NCBI GenBank assembly: GCA_041497675.1
Contig: JBGQGY010000124.1
Coordinates: 1 to 10,152 of the forward strand
From: a bacterium
GTDB lineage: Bacteria; Sysuimicrobiota; Sysuimicrobiia; Sysuimicrobiales; Humicultoraceae
Length of the DNA: 10,152 nt
Direction: 5' to 3'
The position numbers were made by a program, and so were the translations under genes. Of this stretch, positions 1-8,266 are shown in pieces. Under the pieces are notes generated by a model that was given only the letters and a program-made list of their open reading frames with translations, was not told the DNA's origin and did no database searches. Each line of letters starts with the position of its first letter. Within the stretch, counting starts at the first letter, position 1.

Positions 1-1
1 C

Positions 2-1384
2 TCAGGGTTACTGGCGGCCTGGATCACCCATCGCGTCGTCTCGGCGCGCGCGCCCGGGCAGGCGCTGATCGCGGGCCTGGCAGTGGCCTTGGGGACGCCG
101 CTTCTGATCTACAGCGGAGTCTTCTGGGACCATGCCCCCGTTGTCGCGCTGGCCTCCGGCGCCCTGGCTCTGGCGCTTGGCGGGCTGGATGACGATGCGC
201 CGGTGAGGGTGGGCCGCCTTGCGTTGGCGGGCGCGCTGCTTGGCCTCGGGACGTGGCTGCGAAACGAAATGTACCTCCTGACAGCAGTCGTGATGGTGAC
301 GTGGCCGCTCGCGGCGGGGCGGCGGCGGGTAATCGGCTCCGTCTCGCTGGTGGCGGGAGCAGCGTTGACAACAGGGCTTCAGTGGATGCTCAACGCCCGG
401 CTGTACGGGAGCCCATTGGGGTACAAGGGCGGGGGATTAGTGAGCGGCCGCATCGGTGATGCCGCCGGCGCGGCAGAGACGGGGAAACTCGCAGCATGGG
501 TGACCGACAAACTCGGCAACGTCTATTATCAGTTCTTCTCGCCAGATTTCTACGCGTTCAACCCGAGGGCCGTGGTCTTTGGTCTGACGGTCGGCGTCCT
601 GCTCCTGGCGGCCGGGATCGCCATCGGCGCCGGGGTCAGACGGCAGAACCGCACCGTGATCCTGGTGGGCGGCGGTCTGGCCGTCGTGACGAGTGTGCTG
701 GCACTCTCAGCGCGCTCATCGATTTCCGGTCTGTTACCCGCGGCTCCCTTCGTGGTGCTGGCGTTGATCGGCGGACGCCTGCGCCGATGGGAGGTGTGGC
801 TGTGGGCGGTCTGCGTGCTCTTCAGCGCCGCGCTGATCGTCACCGGAACCCACGGCGGGCTCCAGTGGGGCCCGCGCTACCTGCTGCCCATCGTGCCACC
901 CCTGATCTGGTTGGCGGTCGCCGCCCTCGACAGGGTCAGGCTCGCGGACGCCCACGTGTGGCACGCCACCCGCTCGGTCGCCATGTGGGTGCTCGGCGCC
1001 AGTATCGTAATCCAACTTGCCGGCGTCGAGTACGTGGAGTTTGCCCTCGCCCGCAACGGCCGTGTCAACGAATCGCTGCGCACCGCGCCTGCCGAGGTGA
1101 TCGTGACCTCGCTCGAGTGGTTGGCGCTGGGGGCCGGGCCGATCTACTTCGAAAAGCAGCTGCTCTACGTGACCACCGTCGACGACTTTCGCTCTCTGGT
1201 AGACCGTCTGGCCGAGAGACACGTGCGCCGATGGTCCTACATCCCCCAGTCAGGCGGGCGTTTCGGCCACCTGATCGTCGAACAGTGGAGTCGCGAAAAC
1301 CGCTGGCGTTTCGAGACGCTCTCGGATAGTCTGGTGAATGGTATTCGGGTTGTGACGTACCTCGGCGCTCCGGGCCCTCCGTGA
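2..1384 (+). CDS. Polytopic membrane protein, putative GT-C-fold (lipid-phosphate-sugar-dependent) glycosyltransferase; 5'-truncated by the window edge
   Basis: The frame is open from position 2 (SGLLAAWITHRVVSARAPGQALIAGLAVALGTPLLIYSGVFWDHAP...), so the track's GTG at 83 is internal. It has many hydrophobic helices, the motifs YSGVFWDH, WLRNEMY and GGLQWGPRYLLPIVP (a PMT/GT-C-like RY motif after a loop), and a soluble C-terminal tail. Stop TGA at 1382-1384. The family call rests on motif recognition only. Confidence 0.6.
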   Translation, partial: SGLLAAWITHRVVSARAPGQALIAGLAVALGTPLLIYSGVFWDHAPVVALASGALALALGGLDDDAPVRVGRLALAGALLGLGTWLRNEMYLLTAVVMVTWPLAAGRRRVIGSVSLVAGAALTTGLQWMLNARLYGSPLGYKGGGLVSGRIGDAAGAAETGKLAAWVTDKLGNVYYQFFSPDFYAFNPRAVVFGLTVGVLLLAAGIAIGAGVRRQNRTVILVGGGLAVVTSVLALSARSSISGLLPAAPFVVLALIGGRLRRWEVWLWAVCVLFSAALIVTGTHGGLQWGPRYLLPIVPPLIWLAVAALDRVRLADAHVWHATRSVAMWVLGASIVIQLAGVEYVEFALARNGRVNESLRTAPAEVIVTSLEWLALGAGPIYFEKQLLYVTTVDDFRSLVDRLAERHVRRWSYIPQSGGRFGHLIVEQWSRENRWRFETLSDSLVNGIRVVTYLGAPGPP

Positions 1385-1385
1385 G

Positions 1386-2729
1386 GTGATTGCGGGCTCG
1401 CCTTCGACCATGCAGCCATCGTCCCCACAGGCGAACCGTCCGATACTCGGGCCTGGCGGTCTCCTCGATCACAGCCTCATCCAGAGCACTCTGTCCCTGT
1501 ACGGCGTGTATTTGGCGAACTATGCGCTGCCGTTGATCACCGTGCCGTATCTGGCGCGCGTGCTGGGTCCGGCAAGCTGGGGCATCCTGGCCATTGCGCA
1601 GGGGTTAGGCAACTACGTCCGACTGGTGGTCGAGTACGGTTTTTCGCTTTCCGCGACCCGTGAAGTGGCGCGGTCGCGAGACGATCGCGACCGGGTGGCC
1701 GGACTCCTGGCCGGAGTGGTTGGTGGACAGGTGGCGCTCTCGGTGGCGCTGCTCCCCGTTCCGCTGCTCGCGCAGTCGTGGGTGCCCGTGTTGCGAGAGC
1801 AGCCGCTGCTGGTGTGGGCGGCATATTTTTGGGCCATCACGCAAGGCGCAAGTCTTGTCTGGCTTTTTCAGGGGCTCGAGCGCATGCGGTTCGTCGCGGC
1901 GCTCGACGTTGGCGCCAAGGTGCTCACGACCGCCGGCATCTTTCTCTTCGTCAAGACTCCGCACGACGCGGCTGTGGTGCTGGTGTTGCAGTTCGTCGCC
2001 GGCGTGCTGACGCTGGTCATCGGGTTCGTGGTCGCGCGGCGCGAGATCCCGTGGCAACGGCCGTCCGTGCGCGAGACCTGGAGTGCGCTGCGGTTGGGGT
2101 GGAGTCTCTTCGTGTTCCGCAGCGCCGTCAGTGTGTACACGGTGGGTAACGCGTTCATCCTGGGGTTGTTCGCCACACCCACCATTGTCGGCTACTACTC
2201 CGCGGCCGAGCGCATCAGCAAGGCGCTGCTGGGCCTGCTCGGGCCGTTTGGGCAGGTGCTCTACCCGAGGGTGAGCCATCTGGTCCGAAGTGCCTGGGAA
2301 GATGCCCGCCGGCTCGCGCAGACGGGGCTCTGGATCATGGGTGCCGGCGGTGTGCTCCTGGGCCTCGTGGCCTACCTCGGGGCGCCGTTCCTGGTCCGCA
2401 TCTTGCTTGGGCCGATGTTCGATCCCACGGTGCCGGTGCTCCGCGTCCTGGCCCTGCTGCTGCCGCTGATCGCCGTGAGCAACGTGCTTGGCATTCAGTG
2501 GATGCTGCCACTCGGGCTCGACCACGTGTTCAACCGCATCATTCTCGCCGCGGGCGTGCTCAACCTCGGCCTGGCATACTGGCTGGCGCCGAGGTTTGCC
2601 GAAATGGGGATGGCGTGGGCCGTCGTCATCGCCGAGGCCTTCGTCACGTTCGCCATGTACGGGTACCTACGCTGGCGGAACCTGGACCCGGTCCGTGGAG
2701 CGCTGGGGATGCCCGGAGGAGTGGGATGA
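1386..2729 (+). CDS. wzx: Wzx/RfbX-type oligosaccharide flippase (MOP/MATE-like superfamily)
   Basis: About 12 hydrophobic segments with typical flippase motifs NYALPLITVPYLARVLG, EYGFSLSATREVA, WLFQGLERM and GYYSAAERI. The start is either GTG 1386 (1 nt after the upstream stop) or ATG 1410. Confidence 0.9.
   Translation: MIAGSPSTMQPSSPQANRPILGPGGLLDHSLIQSTLSLYGVYLANYALPLITVPYLARVLGPASWGILAIAQGLGNYVRLVVEYGFSLSATREVARSRDDRDRVAGLLAGVVGGQVALSVALLPVPLLAQSWVPVLREQPLLVWAAYFWAITQGASLVWLFQGLERMRFVAALDVGAKVLTTAGIFLFVKTPHDAAVVLVLQFVAGVLTLVIGFVVARREIPWQRPSVRETWSALRLGWSLFVFRSAVSVYTVGNAFILGLFATPTIVGYYSAAERISKALLGLLGPFGQVLYPRVSHLVRSAWEDARRLAQTGLWIMGAGGVLLGLVAYLGAPFLVRILLGPMFDPTVPVLRVLALLLPLIAVSNVLGIQWMLPLGLDHVFNRIILAAGVLNLGLAYWLAPRFAEMGMAWAVVIAEAFVTFAMYGYLRWRNLDPVRGALGMPGGVG
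2715..2720 (+). promoter_or_regulatory. Shine-Dalgarno sequence of glf
   Basis: GGAGGA lies 5 nt upstream of ATG 2726. Confidence 0.8.
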
Positions 2730-3844
2730 CCGTTGACTGGCTGATCGTCGGGGCCGGGTACACCGGCTGCGTGCTGGCGGAGCGCATCGCCAGCCAGCTC
2801 GACCAGACCGTGCTGTTGGTCGACCGGCGAGGTCACGTCGGCGGCAACGCCTACGACTACTACAATGAGGCGGGGATTCTGATCCACAAGTACGGGCCAC
2901 ACATCTTTCATACGAACAGCCAGCGGGTGTGGGACTACCTGTGTCAGTTCACGACCTGGCGGGCGTATGAACACCGCGTGCTGGCGGTCGTCGAAGGCCA
3001 CAAGGTTCCGGTGCCGTTCAACCTCAACTCGCTGGAACGTCTGGTGCCTCGCTCGCAGGCCGAACGGCTCGAGGCAAAACTCAACAGCCTCTACGGGTCG
3101 GGGGCGCATGTGCCGATTCTCCGCATGCTGGACGCCGAGGATCCGGACGTCCGCGGGCTGGCCGAGCTCGTCTACAAGCACATCTTTTATGGCTACACGC
3201 TGAAGCAATGGGGTCTCACGCCCGAGCAACTCGATCCCTCGGTGACCGGGCGTGTGCCCGTGCGGATCAGCCGCGACGATCGGTACTTTCAGGACACGTA
3301 CCAGGCGATGCCCACGCATGGCTACACGGCGATGTTCGAGCGGATGCTCCGCCACCCGAGGATCGACGTCCGGGTGAACACCGACTACCGGACGATCGCC
3401 GGTGAGGTCCAGTTCAATCGCATGATTTACACAGGGCCGATCGACGCGTACTTCGACTATCTGCACGGCCCGCTGCCATATCGCAGCCTGCGCTTCGATT
3501 TCCAAACCGTCGAGCGCGAATGGTTCCAAGAGGTGGGTACGGTCAACTACCCCAACGACGCGCCCTACACGCGGATCACGGAGTTCAAGTATCTGACCGG
3601 CCAGGAGGCCGCGAAGACGTCGGTGGTCACCGAGTACCCCATGCCGCATCGTCCGGGTGAGAACGAGCCCTACTATCCGGTCCCGCGAGAAGAAAACCGC
3701 GAGCGATACGCGCACTATCAGAAGGAAGCCGATCGGCTGCGCAGCACGGTCTTGTTCGCGGGCCGTCTGGCCGACTATAAGTACTACAACATGGACCAGG
3801 CGGTGGCCCGCGCGTTGAAGCTCTTTGAGGACACGGCCGCATGA
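2726..3844 (+). CDS. glf: UDP-galactopyranose mutase (372 aa)
   Basis: The true start is ATG 2726, which has an ATGA overlap with the wzx stop and a GGAGGA RBS at 2715-2720; the track start at 2498 is too far upstream. It has the FAD-binding DWLIVGAGYTG, HVGGNAYD, HKYGPHIFHT, YTGPID, LPYRSL, EPYYP and GRLADYKYYNMDQ motifs, all diagnostic of prokaryotic UGM. Confidence 0.97.
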   Translation: MTVDWLIVGAGYTGCVLAERIASQLDQTVLLVDRRGHVGGNAYDYYNEAGILIHKYGPHIFHTNSQRVWDYLCQFTTWRAYEHRVLAVVEGHKVPVPFNLNSLERLVPRSQAERLEAKLNSLYGSGAHVPILRMLDAEDPDVRGLAELVYKHIFYGYTLKQWGLTPEQLDPSVTGRVPVRISRDDRYFQDTYQAMPTHGYTAMFERMLRHPRIDVRVNTDYRTIAGEVQFNRMIYTGPIDAYFDYLHGPLPYRSLRFDFQTVEREWFQEVGTVNYPNDAPYTRITEFKYLTGQEAAKTSVVTEYPMPHRPGENEPYYPVPREENRERYAHYQKEADRLRSTVLFAGRLADYKYYNMDQAVARALKLFEDTAA

Positions 3845-5070
3845 CCGCCGCCGTAGCGCACTACTATCCGTTTATCCGCCCCGGGGGGGGGCCCGCAGGG
3901 TACTTGTTCAACCTCAGGCTTGGGCTCATTGGACACCCATCCCGAACGCTGATCGACGTGGTGGCGGCGCATGAATCGTCGCGTCGCTCCTCGTGGCTCG
4001 CGGACGCGCAGGTGCGGGAAGAACGAGGGTGGCAAGCGTTCAAGCGTCGGACGATGCGTTACGGGCCGCGTAGGCTGGTGAGGTCATGGCGGGTAGCGTC
4101 TCGCTGGCGGTTTGGCCGGCTCCCGCAGGCGATGCGCGACCAGTTGGCGTCATATCCGGCGGTCGTGTTCCATGATCCGCGGCACGCCTGGTGGTACCTG
4201 CGGCAGCGAGGCCGGCCGCGGACACAGCAGGTGTTCGTGATGCCGCACTCCCCCGTCGACGCGTCGGCCGAAGAGGTGTACGGGCTCTGGGCCGAGTACG
4301 GCAGCCAGTACGACTGGTCCGGTCTGAGAGAATCGTTGCGCCGGCTCGAGCTGCGCGTCTATCGCATGGCCCAGGGGATCATCGTGCCGGTCCGCGAAGC
4401 CGTGGACGCGTATTTCGAAGGATCCGGCGGGTTGCGCGAGCAGTTCTTGGGCCTTACGTTCCACGACATCCCCAGCGGTGTGCAGCCGATGACCACCACC
4501 ACCCCGCCAGAGGAGATCCGGCAGCGGTTGGGCGTTACCGAGCGACAGGTCCTGGTGGGCTTCTTTGGCCGGTATGTTGAACACAAGGGCTTCGACGTGT
4601 ACCTCGACGTCGTGAGGGCCGCGGCGGCGCGCCACCCTGGACGGTTTGCGTTCATCTCGGGCGGCGCGGGTTGGCTCAAACCGGACGCGTTGCCTGGCTA
4701 CCGTGATCTTGGGTGGCTTGCGGAAGACGTCGGCGACTACGTGAACGCCACCGATGTGGTGATGGCCCCAAACCAATACACGCTGTTCGACCTGAGTATC
4801 CTGGAGGCCATGTCGCTCGGCAAGGTCGTGCTCACGAGCGCCACAGGCGGGAACCGGTGGCTGTCCAAGATCACCCAGGGCGTCGTGGTGGCGAGCCAGT
4901 CTGAAGCCGGCGTGTATCTCGACGCGTTGGTGGAGCTGACCAAACTCGGGAAGCTCCGGTTGCTGGGCCGGCGGAACCTGGATGCGTACCTCGCGCAGTT
5001 CACGCTAGAGTCGTTTGTGCGGCGACACCTCAACTTCGCGTCGAAGGTGCTGGCCTCGGCCCGTGCCTAG
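3841..5070 (+). CDS. Divergent GT4-family (GT-B, Glycos_transf_1) glycosyltransferase, 409 aa
   Basis: ATGA overlap with the glf stop. N-terminal GGGPAGYLFNL loop; C-terminal domain FFGRYVEHKGFD ... APNQYTLFDLSILEAMSLGKVVLTSATGGN. Confidence 0.85.
   Translation: MTAAVAHYYPFIRPGGGPAGYLFNLRLGLIGHPSRTLIDVVAAHESSRRSSWLADAQVREERGWQAFKRRTMRYGPRRLVRSWRVASRWRFGRLPQAMRDQLASYPAVVFHDPRHAWWYLRQRGRPRTQQVFVMPHSPVDASAEEVYGLWAEYGSQYDWSGLRESLRRLELRVYRMAQGIIVPVREAVDAYFEGSGGLREQFLGLTFHDIPSGVQPMTTTTPPEEIRQRLGVTERQVLVGFFGRYVEHKGFDVYLDVVRAAAARHPGRFAFISGGAGWLKPDALPGYRDLGWLAEDVGDYVNATDVVMAPNQYTLFDLSILEAMSLGKVVLTSATGGNRWLSKITQGVVVASQSEAGVYLDALVELTKLGKLRLLGRRNLDAYLAQFTLESFVRRHLNFASKVLASARA
3883..3891 (+). repeat. Poly-G (G9) homopolymer in codons 15-17 of the GT4 gene
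   Basis: The sequence CGCCCC-GGGGGGGGG-CCCGCA encodes P-G-G-G-P using GGG three times. It is the longest homopolymer I found in the window. Confidence 0.9.
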
Positions 5071-6190
5071 ACGGGTCCGGGCCTTGTTCATCCTACTCAA
5101 CCTCGCCGGTGGCGGTGCCGAGCGTGCCGCGTTGGACCTGTTGCACAGATTTGACCACGAAGCGGTAGAAGCCGCGTTGTTGATACTGAAACGCGAAGGC
5201 GTCTATTCGGATGAAGTCCCGGCTGGGCTCCGTGTGGAGTATCTGGTTGAGGGCGGGCAACGGTTTCGGCAGGCGCTTCCCCGGCTCGCCCGAACCGTGA
5301 TCCAGCGAGCCCGGTCCGCGGACGTCGTCGTCGGCTGTCTTGAGCTGGATTCGACGTACTTCGCCCTGTTCGGCGGGTTGATCGCATGCAAACCGGTTGT
5401 CGGGTGGGTGCACATTGCGTTGGAGCCGTACCTGCGAATCGTCGCCCCGCGGGCGAGACGGTGGGTGCGCTGGACGTATCCACGACTGACCGCGGCCGTC
5501 TGTCCCTCGACGGGGGCGGCCCACTCGCTGCGCGCGGTAACGGCGCTGCCACCCGAACGGGTCCACGTCGTCCCCAACCTCGTCGACGTCGGTCGCATCG
5601 AATTGATGGCCTCCGAACCGTTGCCCGAGTGGGCCGGCGCCGTCATGGCGAAACCGACGGTGGTCGGGATCGGGAGGCTCGTGCCGCACAAGGGATTCGA
5701 TCTGCTGATCCACTCCCACGCGCGACTGCGCGCATCCGGACTCGACCACCACCTGCTGATCCTGGGCGAGGGTCCGTACCGGATCGAGCTCGAGACGCTG
5801 GTCGAAAAGTTGTCGTTGCGCTCGTCGGTGTTCATGCCGGGTTTCGTGCGGAATCCCTACCCCTTCCTCAAACGCGCGGCAGTGTTCGCGCTGCCGTCCC
5901 GTCTCGAAGGCATGTCCATCGTTCTGGTGGAAGCGATGGTGCTTGGCGTCCCGATCGTGGCGACGGACTGCGAGTCGGGACCCGCGGAGGTGTTGGACGG
6001 TGGCCGCTACGGTGTGTTGGTGCCACCGGACAATACCCACGCCCTGGTGGATGGTCTCTCGCGACTGTTAAATGACGGCGCGCTCGGCGCGTCCTTCGTC
6101 GCCGCGTCGCGTGAACGCGTCCGCGTCTACACGGCAGAACAGGTCATCCCGCAGTGGGAACGCCTGCTGGGAAGACTCGCGCGCCCATGA
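5063..6190 (+). CDS. GT4-family glycosyltransferase (WabH/PglJ-like), about 375 aa
   Basis: The likely start is GTG 5063, overlapping the upstream TAG at 5068-5070, giving MPRRVRALFILLNLAGGGAERAALDL. It contains VGIGRLVPHKGFD, GFVRNPYPFL and an EX7E motif (EGMSIVLVE), followed by PIVATDCESGPAEVL. Confidence 0.9.
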   Translation: MPRRVRALFILLNLAGGGAERAALDLLHRFDHEAVEAALLILKREGVYSDEVPAGLRVEYLVEGGQRFRQALPRLARTVIQRARSADVVVGCLELDSTYFALFGGLIACKPVVGWVHIALEPYLRIVAPRARRWVRWTYPRLTAAVCPSTGAAHSLRAVTALPPERVHVVPNLVDVGRIELMASEPLPEWAGAVMAKPTVVGIGRLVPHKGFDLLIHSHARLRASGLDHHLLILGEGPYRIELETLVEKLSLRSSVFMPGFVRNPYPFLKRAAVFALPSRLEGMSIVLVEAMVLGVPIVATDCESGPAEVLDGGRYGVLVPPDNTHALVDGLSRLLNDGALGASFVAASRERVRVYTAEQVIPQWERLLGRLARP

Positions 6191-7251
6191 GAGTCGCCTT
6201 TGTGGCACCGCTGCCGTTCTCGATCGCCTTTGGGGGATTGGAGATCCAGGTACTCCGCACCGCGGAGGCGCTGCGCGCGCTCGGCGTCCAGGTCGACCTT
6301 CTCGATCCATGGAAGCAGGCGTTTGACGCCGATCTCCTGCACTGCTTTGGCAGCGAGTACCAACTTGGTGAGATCGTCGGCCGCGCGCGCGACAGGGGCG
6401 TCCCGGTCGTGGTGTCGTCCGTGTTCCTGCCGCGAAGAGCCGACGCGCTCTACCGGGTGTGGAGACACGTCGACCGTCTGGTGCCGGTCAAGACGTCGTT
6501 CGGTGTGCGGCGGGAGATGCTGGCAGCGGCGGACGCCGTCATTGCGCTCACAGGCGCCGAGGCCGCGACGCTTGACCGATTGTTCGGAACGTCCCGCGAG
6601 AAGATCCACGTCATCCCCAACGGGGTCGATGACCGATTCTTTGCCGCGACCGCCGACGTCTTCGAACAGCAGCACGGGCTGAGCGGTTTCGCGCTCTGCG
6701 TGGCGGCCGTCGAACCCCGCAAGAATCAGCGCCGGCTCATCAACGCGCTACACGGGATGGGCATGCCGCTCGTCCTGATCGGGCCGTCGACAGTCCCCGA
6801 TGGGCCCTATGCTCGCGCCGTCGCGGACGCGGTGCGCGCTGAACCGGGGTGGTTGTGGATCGACGGGCTGCCGAACGACTCGCCGTTGCTGCCGTCGGCC
6901 TACGCCGCGGCGTCGGTCTGCGTCCTCCCGAGCCTGACCGAGGGACAGCCGCTGGCCGCGCTCGAAGCCGCCGCCGCGGGGGCCAATCTCGTCGTCTCCG
7001 ACCTGCCGTACTTGCGCGATACGTTCGGTGCATCGGCGTGGTACTGCGATCCGAGATCGCCGTCGTCGATCAGGCGCGCGGTGTTTGCCGCCGCCGGCGC
7101 GCCCCGCGGAGCGCGTTACGCCGAGCGGCCTGCCTGGCTGCAGCCGTGGCGCGATGTCGCCGTACGCGTGCAGGACGTGTATCGGATCGTGCTCGAGGGA
7201 CGATCAGTCGCGCGCGCGCAGCCAGGGCTCGCGGGTCCGCAGACCCAATAA
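6187..7251 (+). CDS. GT4-family glycosyltransferase, 354 aa
   Basis: ATG 6187 has an ATGA overlap with the upstream stop (MRVAFVAPLPFSIAFGGLEIQV). It contains VIPNGVD, EPRKNQ and an EX7E motif (EGQPLAALE). Stop TAA at 7249-7251. Confidence 0.9.
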   Translation: MRVAFVAPLPFSIAFGGLEIQVLRTAEALRALGVQVDLLDPWKQAFDADLLHCFGSEYQLGEIVGRARDRGVPVVVSSVFLPRRADALYRVWRHVDRLVPVKTSFGVRREMLAAADAVIALTGAEAATLDRLFGTSREKIHVIPNGVDDRFFAATADVFEQQHGLSGFALCVAAVEPRKNQRRLINALHGMGMPLVLIGPSTVPDGPYARAVADAVRAEPGWLWIDGLPNDSPLLPSAYAAASVCVLPSLTEGQPLAALEAAAAGANLVVSDLPYLRDTFGASAWYCDPRSPSSIRRAVFAAAGAPRGARYAERPAWLQPWRDVAVRVQDVYRIVLEGRSVARAQPGLAGPQTQ

Positions 7252-8241
7252 GAATGCCCGGATCCACATGACCACGTACACTGGGGCGCGAATCATCGAG
7301 CGAATGAGAGGACGGCGCCACCCAGGCGGAACGATCACCAGCCCCGCCAGCGAGTAGACGGCGACGAAGATGAAGGAGAGCAGGATGAGCCAAAACGCGA
7401 CGCGCGCGGCAAGGTATCCGCGGAGCGGCCACAAGAGCGCCAGCGCCGCGATCTTGGCGACTGCGACCAGGCTTCTGGGCTTCAACAGCAACGTGCTCAG
7501 CAACCACCAGACGCCCGGCCGCAGCGTGAACAGCAGACGCGCCGCGGTGGACGCGTATAACTGCCAGATCTGCCAGTCACCCTGCAGCCATCGGGCGCGC
7601 TGCTTCGTGAGGAAATCGGTGCTCTGCGGTTTGGGGTCATCGACGATCGCGTCGGGCGCGAAGGCGATCCGACCGCCCCGGGCCAGGATGAGGAGCGTCA
7701 ACTCGGCATCTTCGACGCGCGTGCGGAGTCGGGGCGCGAGTTCGCGCAGGATCTCCCCGCGGATCGCCATGCCTGTTCCGCGGAGACGCACCGGCCACCC
7801 CAACCGACCGCGCAGCCGGTCGTCGACCGCTTGAGACATCCACTCGCTGTACGCGACGAGCGAGACCGTGGGCGCATCGTCGTCGAAGACCGGGAAGACA
7901 AATCCCTGTACCGCGTCGGCGCCGGACTCGAGCGCCCGAACCAGTGGAGGCAGCGCCTGTGGGTGCAACCGCGAATCCGCGTCGAGGATCAGCCATGCGT
8001 CCGCCGCGGCGGCTTCGCTCTGCCCAAGGAACCAGGCAATGGCGGCGCCCTTGCCCGGTGGCCCGTCCCGGCGCTCCAGGACGCGTGCGCCGGCGGCCTT
8101 GGCCTTCGCCGCCGTGCCGTCGTCAGAGCGGTCGGCGACGACGAATACCGGATGCGGCGCCACCGCCTTCAGGGCGTGCTCAACGGTGGGGCCGATGACC
8201 TGGGCCTCGTTGTGTGCGGCGATGACGGCACAAACCTTCAT
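7204..8241 (-). CDS. GT2 glycosyltransferase, CesA-like (processive-type motifs) with C-terminal membrane helices, 345 aa
   Basis: The true start is ATG at 8241 (MKVCAVIAAHNEAQVI), not 8403. Motifs are VVADRSDDGT, GKGAAI, DxD (ILDADS), LRGTGM, VED and QRARW (QxxRW), followed by 2-3 hydrophobic helices. Confidence 0.9.
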   Translation of the reverse strand: MKVCAVIAAHNEAQVIGPTVEHALKAVAPHPVFVVADRSDDGTAAKAKAAGARVLERRDGPPGKGAAIAWFLGQSEAAAADAWLILDADSRLHPQALPPLVRALESGADAVQGFVFPVFDDDAPTVSLVAYSEWMSQAVDDRLRGRLGWPVRLRGTGMAIRGEILRELAPRLRTRVEDAELTLLILARGGRIAFAPDAIVDDPKPQSTDFLTKQRARWLQGDWQIWQLYASTAARLLFTLRPGVWWLLSTLLLKPRSLVAVAKIAALALLWPLRGYLAARVAFWLILLSFIFVAVYSLAGLVIVPPGWRRPLIRSMIRAPVYVVMWIRAFLLGLRTREPWLRARD

Positions 8242-8266
8242 CTCGTAGCATAGTGCTTGAAGGATC
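8242..8266. promoter_or_regulatory. Putative bidirectional promoter in the 25-bp divergent spacer
   Basis: TAGCAT (+, 8246-8251) and TATGCT (-, 8252-8247) both match TANNNT and overlap. The minus-strand box lies 5 nt before the GT2 ATG. There is a short inverted repeat AGCA-tag-TGCT (8247-8257), and GAAGGA at 8259-8264. Confidence 0.55.

Noticed and set aside
2498..2725. N-terminal extension of Glf in the ORF track
   Set aside because: It is an Arg-rich off-frame read of wzx. The RBS, the ATGA overlap and the FAD motif place the start at 2726.
2495..3715. 406-aa antisense ORF opposite glf (likewise 1605-2525, 4150-4776, 5093-6040, 9252-9965)
   Set aside because: These are shadow ORFs expected from GC-rich codon bias. 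They show no recognisable motifs and overlap well-supported genes.
5015..5062. TTG start at 5015 (and ATG 6154 for the next gene)
   Set aside because: Both are longest-ORF artefacts. Starts at 5063 and 6187 fit the GT4 first beta-strand and stop/start coupling.
3841..5400. Seemingly lower GC and more A/T-ending codons, suggesting foreign origin
   Set aside because: This is a visual impression only, the difference is modest, and it needs a computed GC3/codon-usage profile.
7209..7219. (CG)5C alternating tract in the convergent overlap, as possible Z-DNA or a terminator hairpin
   Set aside because: It is short, expected at this GC content, explained by Ala/Arg codons on both strands, and has no U-tract.
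7204..8266. GT2 as a recombinase-invertible segment
   Set aside because: I found no flanking inverted repeats (the similarity seen is direct), and there is no recombinase in the window.
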